A program made the position numbers and the translations under genes. The notes under the pieces are model-generated. The model saw only the letters and a list, made by a program, of their open reading frames with translations, was not told the DNA's origin and ran no database searches. From an uncultured Luminiphilus sp. (GTDB lineage Bacteria; Pseudomonadota; Gammaproteobacteria; Pseudomonadales; Halieaceae), in the NCBI GenBank assembly GCA_938091995.1, contig CALKNZ010000027.1:3150-67149 (forward strand): 64,000 nt of DNA, read 5' to 3'. Below, piece by piece: positions 1 to 10,745 of this stretch. The number at the start of each line of letters is the position of its first letter. The first letter of the stretch is position 1.

Positions 1-707
1 TCTACCACAAAGGGCATCATCATAATCAACCATACCGCGCCAAGTCGACTATCTTGACCCACGGCATACAGACCGACCCAACCCAAGTAGAAGCCCAGGA
101 ACACGGCCCCGCTATCGCCCATAAAAATACTAGCCGGTGGCCAATTACGCCATAGGAAAGGCAGTAAGGCCCCTGCAAGCACAAGCGTTAGATGTGTTAT
201 TCCTGAGACTTCTGGTATGAACAAACTGATACCTGCCAGGCTCAGGCAAACACACAGGGCTTGAGTAACGACGAAGCCGTCTAGGCCATCCATAAAATTA
301 ACGAGATTGATGGTCCAGCCCAGAGCGAGTACAGCCAACCCCATAATGAGTAAGTGAGCCGTTCCTATTAGCGATATCACGGCGAATGTCGAGACAGATA
401 GGTAAGCAAAGAAGCGCACCCAGGGGGGTAATGTAAAACGGTCGTCAACCAAACCCACCGCAGCAATCAGTAATCCACAGCCTTGCAGAACAAAAAGTGA
501 TGACGGTTTTCCACTGCCAAGGGCGCTTGGCACAAATAGCGCCAGGTTCACTGACAGAGCAAAGCAAATACCCGCCCCAACCGGCATGGGGGCTCGATGG
601 GCGCTGCGGGCATTGGGCACATCAACAAAACCCCACCCTGGCGCCAATCGGCGAAAACACGCCAGAAGCAACACCGACAGAAAAAAAGCTACAGCGACAG
701 CAATCAT
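1..707 (-). CDS. Glycosyltransferase family 4 (WecA/WbpL-like undecaprenyl-phosphate sugar-1-phosphate transferase), runs off window edge
   Basis: Not in the ORF track; manual translation of the minus strand from ATG at 707 (overlaps the upstream TGA) gives MIAVAVAFFL...DVPNARSAHRAPMPVGAG...VGLVDDRF...NLVNFMDGLDG...IFMGDSGAVFLG, typical MraY/WecA-family motifs. Confidence 0.88.
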   Translation of the reverse strand, partial: MIAVAVAFFLSVLLLACFRRLAPGWGFVDVPNARSAHRAPMPVGAGICFALSVNLALFVPSALGSGKPSSLFVLQGCGLLIAAVGLVDDRFTLPPWVRFFAYLSVSTFAVISLIGTAHLLIMGLAVLALGWTINLVNFMDGLDGFVVTQALCVCLSLAGISLFIPEVSGITHLTLVLAGALLPFLWRNWPPASIFMGDSGAVFLGFYLGWVGLYAVGQDSRLGAVWLIMMMPFVV

Positions 708-1606
708 CAATGTGCACTCTCAGCTGCAGTAGACTTCAGCAATCGCTCTAGCGACCACACAGGACTGTTGAAAGGCTGAGCAGTTTCGCCACACCAATAC
801 CTTCCACCTAAAGAACTGGCTAAAGCCTGTGCCTGACGAAATGGCAAAATGGCTAAACACATTAACAGTCCGCGCCATAGCGGGGCTGGTAAAGTCACAG
901 TCGTTTTATTAGCAACAGCCCTTCCAATTCGAAAAGCCGAGTAACATTGACCATCTGTCACCGCTAATGGCTGCTCTATAACCTCGCGTCTCTCTCCCGA
1001 ACGCCAAAGCAACGAAACAATAAGCGCGACGAGATCGGGACGCGCCACCAAGCTGCGATGCCCTGTCGTAGGCAAGGATATCGGCAATAGGCGCTGCCAT
1101 CTCTTCAATGTAGCAAGATTTGCGGTGAGAGCTCGATCATAAACAAGCCCAGGCCTGAGTATAACGAGTTCGGTTTGGCTGGTACCTATCAAGTTTGCGA
1201 GGGCAATTTCAGCCTGCCACTTCGAAGCTGCGTAAAGTGATACTGGCTTTGGTAGTGCAGTAGCCCGGACGCCTGGATCTAGCGTACTCGCAGGCACAAC
1301 ATTAAGGGTGCTCAGAAAAATAAACTGCTTCACACCAGCGGCTATTGCCGCGGAAGCAAGAGCACAGCAAGCCTCAACGTTGACGACCTGATACGCGGAA
1401 GCATCGCCTTTGTTGTGGGCAATTCCTGCGCAATGAATCACAACACTAATGTCAGAAAACACCTCAGACAAGCACTGGCATTCGCTCAGATCTAAGAAGC
1501 GATCACAGGAACGCCTGCCCGCAGTGAGAACGGGAATACCTTGCTGCTTGAGCGAAGCGTAGATTGCACTGCCGATATAACCCGAAGCGCCAGTGAGTAA
1601 AATCAC
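707..1606 (-). CDS. NAD-dependent epimerase/dehydratase (extended SDR)
   Basis: TGASGYIG Rossmann motif, HCAGIAH, YAASK (YxxxK), LRPGLVY; adjacent to WbpL-like gene. Confidence 0.88.
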   Translation of the reverse strand: MILLTGASGYIGSAIYASLKQQGIPVLTAGRRSCDRFLDLSECQCLSEVFSDISVVIHCAGIAHNKGDASAYQVVNVEACCALASAAIAAGVKQFIFLSTLNVVPASTLDPGVRATALPKPVSLYAASKWQAEIALANLIGTSQTELVILRPGLVYDRALTANLATLKRWQRLLPISLPTTGHRSLVARPDLVALIVSLLWRSGERREVIEQPLAVTDGQCYSAFRIGRAVANKTTVTLPAPLWRGLLMCLAILPFRQAQALASSLGGRYWCGETAQPFNSPVWSLERLLKSTAAESAH

Positions 1607-1633
1607 GCTGGTGGCCCAGCGTGACGGCAGTGC

Positions 1634-1978
1634 TCACTCAAGTACGATGCGTTCTCGGTTGCGTGTGATGATTGATTCACCGATACCCTTGACCTCAATG
1701 AGCTCATCAATGGATTCAAAAGGCCCATAGGACTCCCGGTGTTCCACAATTCGGTACGCCTTTGCAAGACCAACCCCCGACAAGCCTTCCGATAAGAGCT
1801 CGGGAGGTGCTGTATTGATATTAACCAGTTGCGGCTGGCTAAACGAAGGGGTACTTGCGACGGCCAGGGCGAACCAGAGAACAACAATGCCCATAACCTG
1901 GTGTAACGGAAACAACCCATGCAAGTTGCTCCAGATTTTACGACTTGATCCGCTAAAACTGCGGGTAATGAAAGACAT
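1634..1978 (-). CDS. comEA: ComEA-family helix-hairpin-helix DNA-binding protein
   Basis: Hydrophobic signal-like segment then VNINTA...LSGVGLAKAYRIVEHRESYGPFESIDELIEVKGIG; AGGAG RBS upstream. Confidence 0.88.
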   Translation of the reverse strand: MSFITRSFSGSSRKIWSNLHGLFPLHQVMGIVVLWFALAVASTPSFSQPQLVNINTAPPELLSEGLSGVGLAKAYRIVEHRESYGPFESIDELIEVKGIGESIITRNRERIVLE

Positions 1979-2079
1979 GGCAACATACTCCTGTTAGAAA
2001 AATTAAAGAGTCTAAGGTGACTCAGAAACAGGTTATAAATTGCTGCAACTAGCGGCGACATCTGTGCTCTCCATCGCCT

Positions 2080-2781
2080 TCAAAAGGATTCTAGAGATGA
2101 CAGGATACCCTTGATAACGTCGCCGGGATTCGCCGCCCCGGTGATCGACCGACCCATCACCAAATAATCAGCGCCAGCAGAAACGGCCGCAGCGGGTTCA
2201 ACGACACGCTTTTGATCACCAACGGCATCTCCTCTCAAACGGATACCAGGCGTCACTAGTGCAAATGCTGGAGCTACGACTTTTCTCAACTCGGCTGCCT
2301 CTTGCGCAGAGCACACCACACCATCAAGTCCAGCAAGCTCCGCCAGTTTTGCCAGATCCACCACTTGTTCCAAAGCAGATCCAGAAATCCCCACCTCCTT
2401 GAGATCTGGCTCAGCCATGCTGGTAAGCACGGTCACAGCCGTTAGGAGTGGCTTATTTTGGCGATTAATCAGTGCGTCACTGGCCGCCTTCATCATAACC
2501 GATCCACCACTCGCGTGGACATTGACCATCCATACGCCAAGATCAGCAGCAGCGGCAACAGCTTTGGCCACGGTATTAGGAATGTCATGAAACTTGAGAT
2601 CTAAAAACACATCAAAACCACGATTAACGAGCTGCTGGACAGCTTCGGGGCCGACCCGTGTAAATAATTGTTTACCCACTTTTACGCGGCACAATGAAGG
2701 ATCTAACTGCTCGGCAAGCCGCAAGACGGTGCCCATATCGTCAAAATCGAACGCAACAATTAAAGGTTTGTGATCAACCAT
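2080..2781 (-). CDS. pyrF: Orotidine-5'-phosphate decarboxylase
   Basis: FLDLKFHDIPNTV signature, VTPGIR, LVMGRSIT. Confidence 0.97.
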   Translation of the reverse strand: MVDHKPLIVAFDFDDMGTVLRLAEQLDPSLCRVKVGKQLFTRVGPEAVQQLVNRGFDVFLDLKFHDIPNTVAKAVAAAADLGVWMVNVHASGGSVMMKAASDALINRQNKPLLTAVTVLTSMAEPDLKEVGISGSALEQVVDLAKLAELAGLDGVVCSAQEAAELRKVVAPAFALVTPGIRLRGDAVGDQKRVVEPAAAVSAGADYLVMGRSITGAANPGDVIKGILSSLESF

Positions 2782-4000
2782 TTAACGACTCTCCTACAGT
2801 TCCTAAATCCCTGACCGTGCCCCAGTGCTTACAGCCGGGACAATACCAATGCAGCTGCTGACTGCGGAATCCACAATGGGTGCAGCGATAAGAAAACCTT
2901 TGATCAATAATTTTTTCAATGGTTTCCAGCTCTAAAGATTCGTCACTCCCCGCCTCAGCCGAGTCGTGTAGGCTCATCAGTAACGCTACTCCGCGTAGCG
3001 AAGGTTTATCCTTCAGGCTTATTCGCAGGAAATTTTTTGCCGCATCTTTACCCACGCTCTCATGTAACTCATCGACAATAGCGAGCGCCAGAGGCGTTGT
3101 CGGCGCTTTCTTAAAGCAACCTTCAAGATACGAGCGTAGACCATGCCTAACGCCCAATGAATCCATTGCCTGCCTCATGAGCGGTATGATTTCTGCCAAG
3201 TATTCAGGCCCCTGGTCAAATACCGTCTTGAGCGCCTTAATGCTTTGTTCTGGCTGTCCAGCCGATAACTCTAAGGCACCGAGAGACAGCGTGGCACGAA
3301 CACAGGCTTTGTCATAACGCAGGGCCTTAGCCAACAACTCTCGACCCTCACCGTAGTCTCCACGGCGCCTTGCCAACTCTGCCTGCTCGCAACAGTAGTG
3401 CGCCAAAAGTACACCAACCGGCTGGCCCACTTCATGGGCTGAGTTATCGGCTGACTTAATCAAGCTTCGTTTTGGCAGTAATTCTTCAGCAACGTCACAA
3501 GCGGCTGCCCAATCACTTTGAGCCTCATAAATTTCCAGCAGATGGCGACGCGCTACTCTTCGGTGGTTACCCGACTCCGCCACAAGATCAATCAAAAGTT
3601 TTTCAGCCCGATCAAGAAGACCCGCAGAGATATAGTCTCTGGCGAGCTCAAGATGCGACAAGTGGAGTTGCGTCTGCGGTAAGCTGGGTCGAGCCAGTAA
3701 ATTCTGATGAACGCGGATGGCCCGCTCTACTTCACCGCGGCGGCGCAACACATTGCCCAATGCAATATGGGTATCAAACGTTTCCGCATTAACTTCCAGT
3801 GCTTGGGTAAAAGCGTCAATGGCATTGTCTTGACTACCGTCGAGAAGAAAATTCAAACCGCGGTAATACTCAGAGGGAGGTTGTGCTGAACTGCCCCAGA
3901 CTAGCGGGCGATTACCCCGTCGCCCTAACCACCAGCCGGTAGCAATAGCCGCAGTCAAGGTGAGTAACAGCAGCAGGTCAATCACTCTCGCTGAGTCCAA
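2774..4000 (-). CDS. lapB: Lipopolysaccharide assembly protein B (TPR + rubredoxin-like); true start may be GTG at 3985
   Basis: N-terminal TM, YYRGLNFLL, GEVERAIRVHQNL, C-terminal CTHCGF...WYCPGCKHWG; lapA-lapB-pyrF order. Confidence 0.93.
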   Translation of the reverse strand: MDSARVIDLLLLLTLTAAIATGWWLGRRGNRPLVWGSSAQPPSEYYRGLNFLLDGSQDNAIDAFTQALEVNAETFDTHIALGNVLRRRGEVERAIRVHQNLLARPSLPQTQLHLSHLELARDYISAGLLDRAEKLLIDLVAESGNHRRVARRHLLEIYEAQSDWAAACDVAEELLPKRSLIKSADNSAHEVGQPVGVLLAHYCCEQAELARRRGDYGEGRELLAKALRYDKACVRATLSLGALELSAGQPEQSIKALKTVFDQGPEYLAEIIPLMRQAMDSLGVRHGLRSYLEGCFKKAPTTPLALAIVDELHESVGKDAAKNFLRISLKDKPSLRGVALLMSLHDSAEAGSDESLELETIEKIIDQRFSYRCTHCGFRSQQLHWYCPGCKHWGTVRDLGTVGESLNG

Positions 4001-4283
4001 AACGACGCAGTCGGTCTACCTCGAGCTCGAGCTTGGCGTGCTGGCGACGCAGACGTACATAACGCGCTCGCTGTCGTAGCGTCACCACCACCCCACCTAA
4101 TAACCCCACCATGGAACCTGTCGCGAAAAACAGCAACAACCAAAGTGCTACCGCGCGCTCTGAGAATTGCACAACTAATAAATCAAGAGCAACAGGGTCA
4201 GTATTTTGAAGTGTAAACAACGCACCCAGCACAATAGCTGTGCCCACGATAAGGAGACTCAGTAACACTCGCAGAAGCGCCAC
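3978..4283 (-). CDS. lapA: Lipopolysaccharide assembly protein A (DUF1049)
   Basis: Two TM segments with FTLQN motif and basic coiled tail; between ihfB and lapB. Confidence 0.85.
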   Translation of the reverse strand: MALLRVLLSLLIVGTAIVLGALFTLQNTDPVALDLLVVQFSERAVALWLLLFFATGSMVGLLGGVVVTLRQRARYVRLRRQHAKLELEVDRLRRFGLSESD

Positions 4284-4285
4284 AA

Positions 4286-4582
4286 TCAGAAGCCAGCTTT
4301 TAATGAACGATTGACGCGTTCGCGCAGTTCCTTACCCGGCTTAAAATGAGGGACATGCTTTCCTTCCAACTCAACGCTATCGCCAGTTTTAGGGTTACGC
4401 CCCTGACGCGGCTCCCGGTAATGCAAAGAAAAACTGCCAAAACCACGGATCTCGATACGCTCACCGCTCGACAGCGTATCTGCCATGTGCTCAATCATCA
4501 GCTTCACAGCGAGTTCCACATCTTTAGTACTCAGCTGCGTTTGTTGAGACGCTATTAATTCAATGAGCTCACTACGGGTCAT
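4286..4582 (-). CDS. ihfB: Integration host factor beta subunit
   Basis: MTRSELIE...[26 protein letters not shown]...[13 protein letters not shown]; downstream of rpsA. Confidence 0.98.
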   Translation of the reverse strand: MTRSELIELIASQQTQLSTKDVELAVKLMIEHMADTLSSGERIEIRGFGSFSLHYREPRQGRNPKTGDSVELEGKHVPHFKPGKELRERVNRSLKAGF

Positions 4583-4885
4583 GGGCTTTCATTCAACACT
4601 TTGGGACCGTCATTTTCATACGTCAGCCAAATCTTTTCAAGTTCCTAATTTACATGACTTTTTTAACGGATAAAGACAATGAGAATAAAAAAAATGCCCC
4701 CTGCAGAAATTACGAGGTGACATAATCCGACTCATAAATGACTGGCAATCGTTAATGACCAAATTTTTGTTTAGGGTTTTGGCAGTCTCACATTGCCCAA
4801 ACAAAAGGCAGCCAGAATAAGGACAGGCACCACGGCGAAAATTTTTCCACGGGTAAAAAAACGCGCCCCATCAACACATAGACGT

Positions 4886-4912
4886 AAAAAAGGCCGGCAT
4901 AAAGCCGGCCTT
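4886..4912 (-). terminator. Intrinsic terminator after rpsA
   Basis: Perfect stem AAGGCCGGC-ATAAA-GCCGGCCTT with A-run at 4886-4891 (U-tract on minus strand), about 20 nt after the rpsA stop. Confidence 0.85.
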
Positions 4913-4931
4913 CGATTAACGACGAGCTCGA

Positions 4932-6605
4932 CTACTGACTATCCATTTTTGCCTTGATCAGGTCACCAATCGTACCGGGCGAGGCTGCCTCGTCTTGTTG
5001 CTTGAGGGTCTCAACGGCTTCTTTCTCATCATCGATGTCCTTGGCTTTGATGGACAGGCCTAAGGTGCGGTTCTTACGGTCAACGTTGGTGATCTTAGCT
5101 TCAACAGCATCACCCACATTGATAACCGAACGAGCATCTTCAATTCGCTCAACGCTGATATCTCCAACCTTCAGATATCCTGACACCTCATCTGACAACT
5201 TAATCAAAACACCTTTGGCGTCAACTTCCAGTGCCTTGCCGGTGACGATCGTGCCCCGGTCATTATCGCTCACGTATAGGGTAAAAGCGTCTTCTTCCAT
5301 CTGCTTAACACCCAGAGAAATCCGCTCACGTTCGGGGTCGATAGACAGAATAACGGTCTCTATCTCGTCGCCCTTCTTGTAGTTACGAACAGCCTCTTCG
5401 CCCGTCTCATTCCAGCTGATATCGCTCAAATGTACTAGGCCATCAATAGCGCCATCGAGGCCAATGAAGATACCGAAGTCTGTAATTGACTTAATAGTGC
5501 CCGAAATTCGGTCGCCCTTCGCATGGTCAGAGGCAAAAGCATCCCAAGGGTTCTGGGTGCACTGCTTAATGCCGAGAGAAATACGACGACGCTCTTCATC
5601 GATATCAAGAACCATCACCTCAACCTCATCACCCAACTGCACGATCTTTGAGGGATGAACGTTCTTATTGGTCCAGTCCATTTCTGAGACGTGAACCAGA
5701 CCCTCAACACCTTCCTCGATTTCAGCGAAGCAACCGTAGTCTGTGAGGTTAGTAACACGGGCATTCGTACGACTACCTTCTGGATAACGGTTAGTAATCT
5801 CTACCCATGGATCCTCGCCCAACTGCTTAAGACCCAAGGAGACACGGTTACGTTCACGGTCAAACTTGAGGATTTTGACATCCATTTCCTGGCCAACTTC
5901 TACAATCTCACTGGGGTGCTTAATGCGCTTCCAAGCCATATCCGTGATGTGTAACAAGCCATCAACACCACCAAGGTCAACGAAGGCACCATAATCGGTG
6001 AGGTTCTTGACCACGCCTTTCACCGACATACCTTCCTGCAGATTCTCGAGTAATTCTTCACGCTCTTGGCTGTTAGCCGCTTCCATAACAGCGCGGCGGG
6101 ATACCACAACGTTGTTGCGCTTTTGATCCAGCTTAATGACCTTAAATTCGAGTTCCTTGCCTTCAAGATGCGTCGTCTCGCGCACCGGACGAACGTCAAT
6201 CAATGAGCCAGGCAGGAAGGCTCTAATGGATTCAATATCAACCGTGAATCCGCCTTTAACCTTGCCATTTATGATGCCGGTGACGACTTCATCAGCAACG
6301 TGCGCCGCTTCAAGACGTTTCCACGCCTCGGCACGCTTGGCCTTTTCACGAGAAAGCTTAGTTTCACCAAACCCATCTTCAACAGTTTCGAGGGCTACCT
6401 GTACTTCGTCGCCGATATTGAGTGTGCATTCACCATTAGCGTTGGTGAATTGGTCGAGGGGAATAACACCCTCAGACTTAAGGCCTGCGTGAACAGTCAC
6501 CCACTCGTTATCAATATCAATAACAACGCCTGTGACAATCGATCCAGGCTCCATATCAACGGTTTTTAAGCTTTCTTCAAATAATTCTGCGAACGATTCG
6601 CTCAT
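4932..6605 (-). CDS. rpsA: 30S ribosomal protein S1
   Basis: [12 protein letters not shown] start (ATG 6605; ORF track extends to 6632), repeated S1 domains ([33 protein letters not shown]). Confidence 0.99.
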   Translation of the reverse strand: MSESFAELFEESLKTVDMEPGSIVTGVVIDIDNEWVTVHAGLKSEGVIPLDQFTNANGECTLNIGDEVQVALETVEDGFGETKLSREKAKRAEAWKRLEAAHVADEVVTGIINGKVKGGFTVDIESIRAFLPGSLIDVRPVRETTHLEGKELEFKVIKLDQKRNNVVVSRRAVMEAANSQEREELLENLQEGMSVKGVVKNLTDYGAFVDLGGVDGLLHITDMAWKRIKHPSEIVEVGQEMDVKILKFDRERNRVSLGLKQLGEDPWVEITNRYPEGSRTNARVTNLTDYGCFAEIEEGVEGLVHVSEMDWTNKNVHPSKIVQLGDEVEVMVLDIDEERRRISLGIKQCTQNPWDAFASDHAKGDRISGTIKSITDFGIFIGLDGAIDGLVHLSDISWNETGEEAVRNYKKGDEIETVILSIDPERERISLGVKQMEEDAFTLYVSDNDRGTIVTGKALEVDAKGVLIKLSDEVSGYLKVGDISVERIEDARSVINVGDAVEAKITNVDRKNRTLGLSIKAKDIDDEKEAVETLKQQDEAASPGTIGDLIKAKMDSQ

Positions 6606-6699
6606 GGGACGTTCCTGTTGTTGCGGCATCAAAATGCCTAGCCAATCTCCAGATAAGATTGGGTCTGCTCAAATTAGCGATCGCCGAGGTATCTGGCCT

Positions 6700-7392
6700 T
6701 CAGTTCGGCGACCGCGCTACTAGCCCTTTGCTTGCTGCAAGTTCAAACACGCGATTACAAACCGCATTTATAGACAACGTAGAGCTATCTATAAGAATCG
6801 CATCGTTGGCAGCTACCAGCGGCGAAGCGGAGCGGTTGGTATCACGCTCATCACGCTCGTTGATAGATTCCAAAAGGCGCGGCAGGCTAACACTTTCGCC
6901 TTTCTCGAGCAACTGTGCCTGACGCCTATGGGCGCGCGCCTCAGCTGAAGCGGTCAGGAAAATTTTAAGGGGTGCTTCCGGGAAGACCACAGTGCCCATA
7001 TCTCGCCCGTCAGCCACTAGACCAGGCAATGTGGCGAGCTTACGCTGGCGATCCAGCAATGCGAGCCTCACCTTCGGCAGTACCGCGACAGCAGAAGCCC
7101 CACGGCTGCCTTCTTGAGAGCGAATGCGTGTGGTCACGTCTTCACCTGCAAGCCAGACCGAGACACCCGAGGGCGACGGTAAAAATCGTACATCCAGGGC
7201 TTTCGCGACTTCGACAACCTGAGCTTCATCTTGCCAGCTGATATCCCGCAATTCACAGGCATAACCCACTATGCGGTAAAGAGCCCCGCTGTCGAGCAAG
7301 TGCCACCCGAAAGCTTCGGCCAGTCTTGTGCTCAGCGTTCCCTTGCCGGCACCGCTGGGACCATCGACACAGATAACCGGGACTTTACTCAT
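6700..7392 (-). CDS. cmk: Cytidylate kinase
   Basis: VDGPSGAGKGT, LDSGALYR, VADGRDMGTVVFP; upstream of rpsA. Confidence 0.98.
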   Translation of the reverse strand: MSKVPVICVDGPSGAGKGTLSTRLAEAFGWHLLDSGALYRIVGYACELRDISWQDEAQVVEVAKALDVRFLPSPSGVSVWLAGEDVTTRIRSQEGSRGASAVAVLPKVRLALLDRQRKLATLPGLVADGRDMGTVVFPEAPLKIFLTASAEARAHRRQAQLLEKGESVSLPRLLESINERDERDTNRSASPLVAANDAILIDSSTLSINAVCNRVFELAASKGLVARSPN

Positions 7393-8690
7393 CGGCGAAC
7401 ATCAAGCTTTAGACCAGCACTCGATATGAGCTCAGCGAACCCGGGGAATGAGGTGGCAACATGGTCACAGTCAAGCACCTCAATCTCCGCCGAGGCGCGC
7501 AATCCCGCAATGGCGAAAGCCATTGCAATTCGGTGATCGTGGAAGGTATTTATCGAACCACCCTCTAACTTACCGCCCTCAATCACAATACCATCGGGAG
7601 TGGGCTCGTTTTTTATACCAAGGGTGCTCAGCCCCTCGGCCATCGCAGCGATCCTATCGCTTTCTTTAACTCGGAGCTCGCTAGCACCGCGCAAAATGGT
7701 CGTACCCGTCGCACACGCTGCCGCAATAAAAAGAACGGGAAACTCGTCAATAGCCAGTGGAACTTCATCTTCTGGAATATCAATTCCATGCAGCGGCGCA
7801 TAGCGAACGTGCAAATCAGCAACAGGCTCTCCGCCGATCTCCCGGGGGTTAAGGACGGAAATATCAGCGCCCATCAAGGTCAAAATATTGAGAACGCCGA
7901 CGCGTGTTGGATTCATACCAACATGCTTCAGCAGTACATCTGAGCCTGGGGCAATACTGGCCCCAACAAGCAAAAAAGCCGCAGAAGAGACATCCGCCGG
8001 AATATCGATAGAGGTCCCTACTAACCGACCACCGCCGTCGAGTCCAATCACACCATTGGTCGTATCAACATCGTAACCAAAACCACTCAACATTCGCTCA
8101 GTATGGTCCCTCGTGGGTGCGGGCTCAGTCACTGAAGTTCTGCCCTTCGCATACAAGCCAGCGAGTAAAACGCATGATTTGACCTGAGCGCTGGCTATTG
8201 GCAAATCATAGTGAATGCCCTGCAGCGTTTGTCCGCCCGAAATGACTAGCGGCGGGCGCCCTTCAGGTAGCGAATCAATGCGAGCGCCCATTTTGGACAA
8301 TGGGTAAATCACGCGACCCATGGGCCTTTGCATAAGAGAGGCATCACCGATTAGCTCAGAGTCAAAATCTTGGCCGGCCAGTATCCCCGCAAAAAGACGC
8401 ATGCCGGTACCAGCATTGCCCAAGTCTAAGGGCTGCTGTGGTGCCGAGAGGCCGTTCAGACCTACTCCGCTTATGGACAGGCTCCCCGCTTCAGGTCCAT
8501 CTATTGTGACGCCCATCTGTCTAAAAGCAGCAATAGTTCTCAACGCATCCTCGCCTTCAAGGAAGCCCGTAACTTCCGTTACTCCCTCGGCAAGAGAGCC
8601 AAGCATGACCGCTCGGTGAGACATTGATTTATCCCCTGGAACACGGTGCTCACCCGTTAATTGGCCTCCAGGCTGTACAACAAATTTCAT
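7389..8690 (-). CDS. aroA: 3-phosphoshikimate 1-carboxyvinyltransferase (EPSP synthase, class II-like)
   Basis: PGDKSMSHR, LGNAGTGMR, ASAQVKS, ELRVKESDRI, DHRIAMAF. Confidence 0.98.
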   Translation of the reverse strand: MKFVVQPGGQLTGEHRVPGDKSMSHRAVMLGSLAEGVTEVTGFLEGEDALRTIAAFRQMGVTIDGPEAGSLSISGVGLNGLSAPQQPLDLGNAGTGMRLFAGILAGQDFDSELIGDASLMQRPMGRVIYPLSKMGARIDSLPEGRPPLVISGGQTLQGIHYDLPIASAQVKSCVLLAGLYAKGRTSVTEPAPTRDHTERMLSGFGYDVDTTNGVIGLDGGGRLVGTSIDIPADVSSAAFLLVGASIAPGSDVLLKHVGMNPTRVGVLNILTLMGADISVLNPREIGGEPVADLHVRYAPLHGIDIPEDEVPLAIDEFPVLFIAAACATGTTILRGASELRVKESDRIAAMAEGLSTLGIKNEPTPDGIVIEGGKLEGGSINTFHDHRIAMAFAIAGLRASAEIEVLDCDHVATSFPGFAELISSAGLKLDVRR

Positions 8691-9652
8691 GGAGCGTCTC
8701 GTCCTTTATCGGCGTCTTCGGATTCGGGTGATTGCGGCGCCGCAGGTGAATCGAGGGGGTTCAAAACTGAATCATGCTCCCGCCGAACCGAACGACAAAC
8801 TGAAAAGTAATGTTCGAGCCCCTCACCATCACCCTTTGCAATAAGTTCCTTAAGTGACGACAGCTGTGCTTCAACTGCGGTCATCGCATCGATTAGCGAC
8901 TCTTTATTCGTCAGCGCCACATCGCGCCACATCACTGGATCTGAGGCTGCGATGCGCGTCATATCCCGCAGTGCACCGCCACCATGGCGCATAGGTTTTA
9001 ACGGGTCATCCTCTAGCGCCATTGTTAATGCATAAGCAAGCATATGAGGCGAATGACTGCTAGCAGCAAGAGCCGCATCATGATCTGAGGGGGACATCAG
9101 CGTCACACGAGAACCAACGCGCTCCCACATCGTAGCGACCCACTTAAGTGCCTCAGGATCTGTGGTGTCATCCGGCGTCAAAATGGCCTCACGGCCGTCA
9201 AAGAGATCCGCCCTGGCAGCCATCACGCCACTGTTCTCCGAGCCTGCTATCGGATGTCCGGGCACAAAACGCGGATAACTCTCAGCCAGTTGCTCAATAA
9301 CCCAGCCCTTCATACTCGCCAGATCTGTAACAATGGGGGTCTCGTCAAGGGTCTTTAAAAGAGTCGGTAAAGTCGCTAACAACTCTCCCGTAGAAATCGG
9401 CGGGGCGCCGATGATAATGACGTCAGCACCTGCTATTGCGCCACTCAAGTCAAGGTCATAACCATCGATCACACCCAGTGCCAGGCCGCGTTCAAGACTC
9501 GGGGCTCTAGGACCCCACGCAGTGATCTGGCCCACCCAGCCACTGCGCTTAAGCGCTAATGCCAAGGATCCCGATATTAAACCAAGACCTAAAAAGACAA
9601 CATTTGCGGAATTTATGGACGCCACAGACTCAGGGGCGCTAGAAGGGAGCAC
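8687..9652 (-). CDS. tyrA: Prephenate/cyclohexadienyl dehydrogenase (start codon uncertain)
   Basis: GLGLISGS, FVPGHPIAGSENSG, HDAALAASSHSPH, RDMTRIAASDPVMWRD. Confidence 0.93.
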   Translation of the reverse strand: MLPSSAPESVASINSANVVFLGLGLISGSLALALKRSGWVGQITAWGPRAPSLERGLALGVIDGYDLDLSGAIAGADVIIIGAPPISTGELLATLPTLLKTLDETPIVTDLASMKGWVIEQLAESYPRFVPGHPIAGSENSGVMAARADLFDGREAILTPDDTTDPEALKWVATMWERVGSRVTLMSPSDHDAALAASSHSPHMLAYALTMALEDDPLKPMRHGGGALRDMTRIAASDPVMWRDVALTNKESLIDAMTAVEAQLSSLKELIAKGDGEGLEHYFSVCRSVRREHDSVLNPLDSPAAPQSPESEDADKGRDAP

Positions 9653-10742
9653 AAGGATAAGAGCCGAGACGCTTTAACATAATCGACTGCTCTTCGAGTT
9701 CATTCATGATCTGATCAACAACTTTATCTTCAAGATGCCCTTCAAATTCAATATAAAAAACATACGTCCACTTTTCTGTTTTTGAAGGTCGCGAATCAAT
9801 ACGCGTCAAACTGATGCCCGCATCTTCAAAAGGTCTGAGCAAGTTGAGTAAAGCGCCAGGCCGATTACGACTCGCAATAATTACTGAGGTCTTATCCTGA
9901 CCGCTCGCAGGCACAAAATCTCGCCCCAAAACCAAAAAACGCGTCGTATTACTCGCGTAATCCTGAATCGATACTTCGCGCTTTTCCAAAGCATACATTT
10001 CAGCGGCAATATCCCCTGCAATGGCCGCCACTCCGACCTCAAACTGCGCACGCCGAGCCGCTTCACCATTGCTGGCGACCTGCTCAAGTGGCACTTGCGG
10101 CAAATGAGTTTCCAACCACGTTCGGCATTGCGCTAATGCCTGTGGATGACCACAGATTTTGGTAATCTCACCGTCACCCGTGGCCTCCCCTATAAATAAA
10201 TGGTGAACAACGGGTAGCTCAACTTCACCCACAATATGTAAAGGTGACTCAAGAAAACAGTCTAGTGTTTGACCGATCATACCCTCGGTTGAATTTTCTA
10301 CCGGTACCACTCCGAAATCACATCGACGCTCTTCAACCTCTCTAAACACACCTTGAATTGAAGATTGAGCGTGGGGTAACGCCGACTGACCAAAATGTTT
10401 ACGCGCCGCAGCTTGGGTATAGGTTCCTACTGGGCCCAAAAAAGCTACTGTCAGAGGGTTCTCGAGGGCCAAACAGCTGGACATAATTTCGCGAAAAATT
10501 CTGGCCATGTAGTCCCCAGGTAGGGGGCCCGGGTTTCTCTCCTGAATAGCCCGAAGTACCTGCGCCTCGCGTTCAGGGCGATAAAATAGCGGTGCCGCTT
10601 GAGAATCTGACTGGACCGCTGCGAGTTTGATTTCCGCGACTTCCTGAGCGCAACGGGCACGATCACTAATTAGAGACAGTAACTGTCCGTCGATATTATC
10701 GATGCGTGCTCGGATCGTCTCAAGTTGCTCATCAGTCGCCAT
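9639..10742 (-). CDS. pheA: Chorismate mutase/prephenate dehydratase (P-protein)
   Basis: N-terminal CM (RARIDNID, YRPEREAQVL), VVPVENSTEG, NTTRFLVL, LTRIDSRP ACT domain. Confidence 0.97.
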   Translation of the reverse strand: MATDEQLETIRARIDNIDGQLLSLISDRARCAQEVAEIKLAAVQSDSQAAPLFYRPEREAQVLRAIQERNPGPLPGDYMARIFREIMSSCLALENPLTVAFLGPVGTYTQAAARKHFGQSALPHAQSSIQGVFREVEERRCDFGVVPVENSTEGMIGQTLDCFLESPLHIVGEVELPVVHHLFIGEATGDGEITKICGHPQALAQCRTWLETHLPQVPLEQVASNGEAARRAQFEVGVAAIAGDIAAEMYALEKREVSIQDYASNTTRFLVLGRDFVPASGQDKTSVIIASRNRPGALLNLLRPFEDAGISLTRIDSRPSKTEKWTYVFYIEFEGHLEDKVVDQIMNELEEQSIMLKRLGSYPCAPF

Positions 10743-10745
10743 AAT

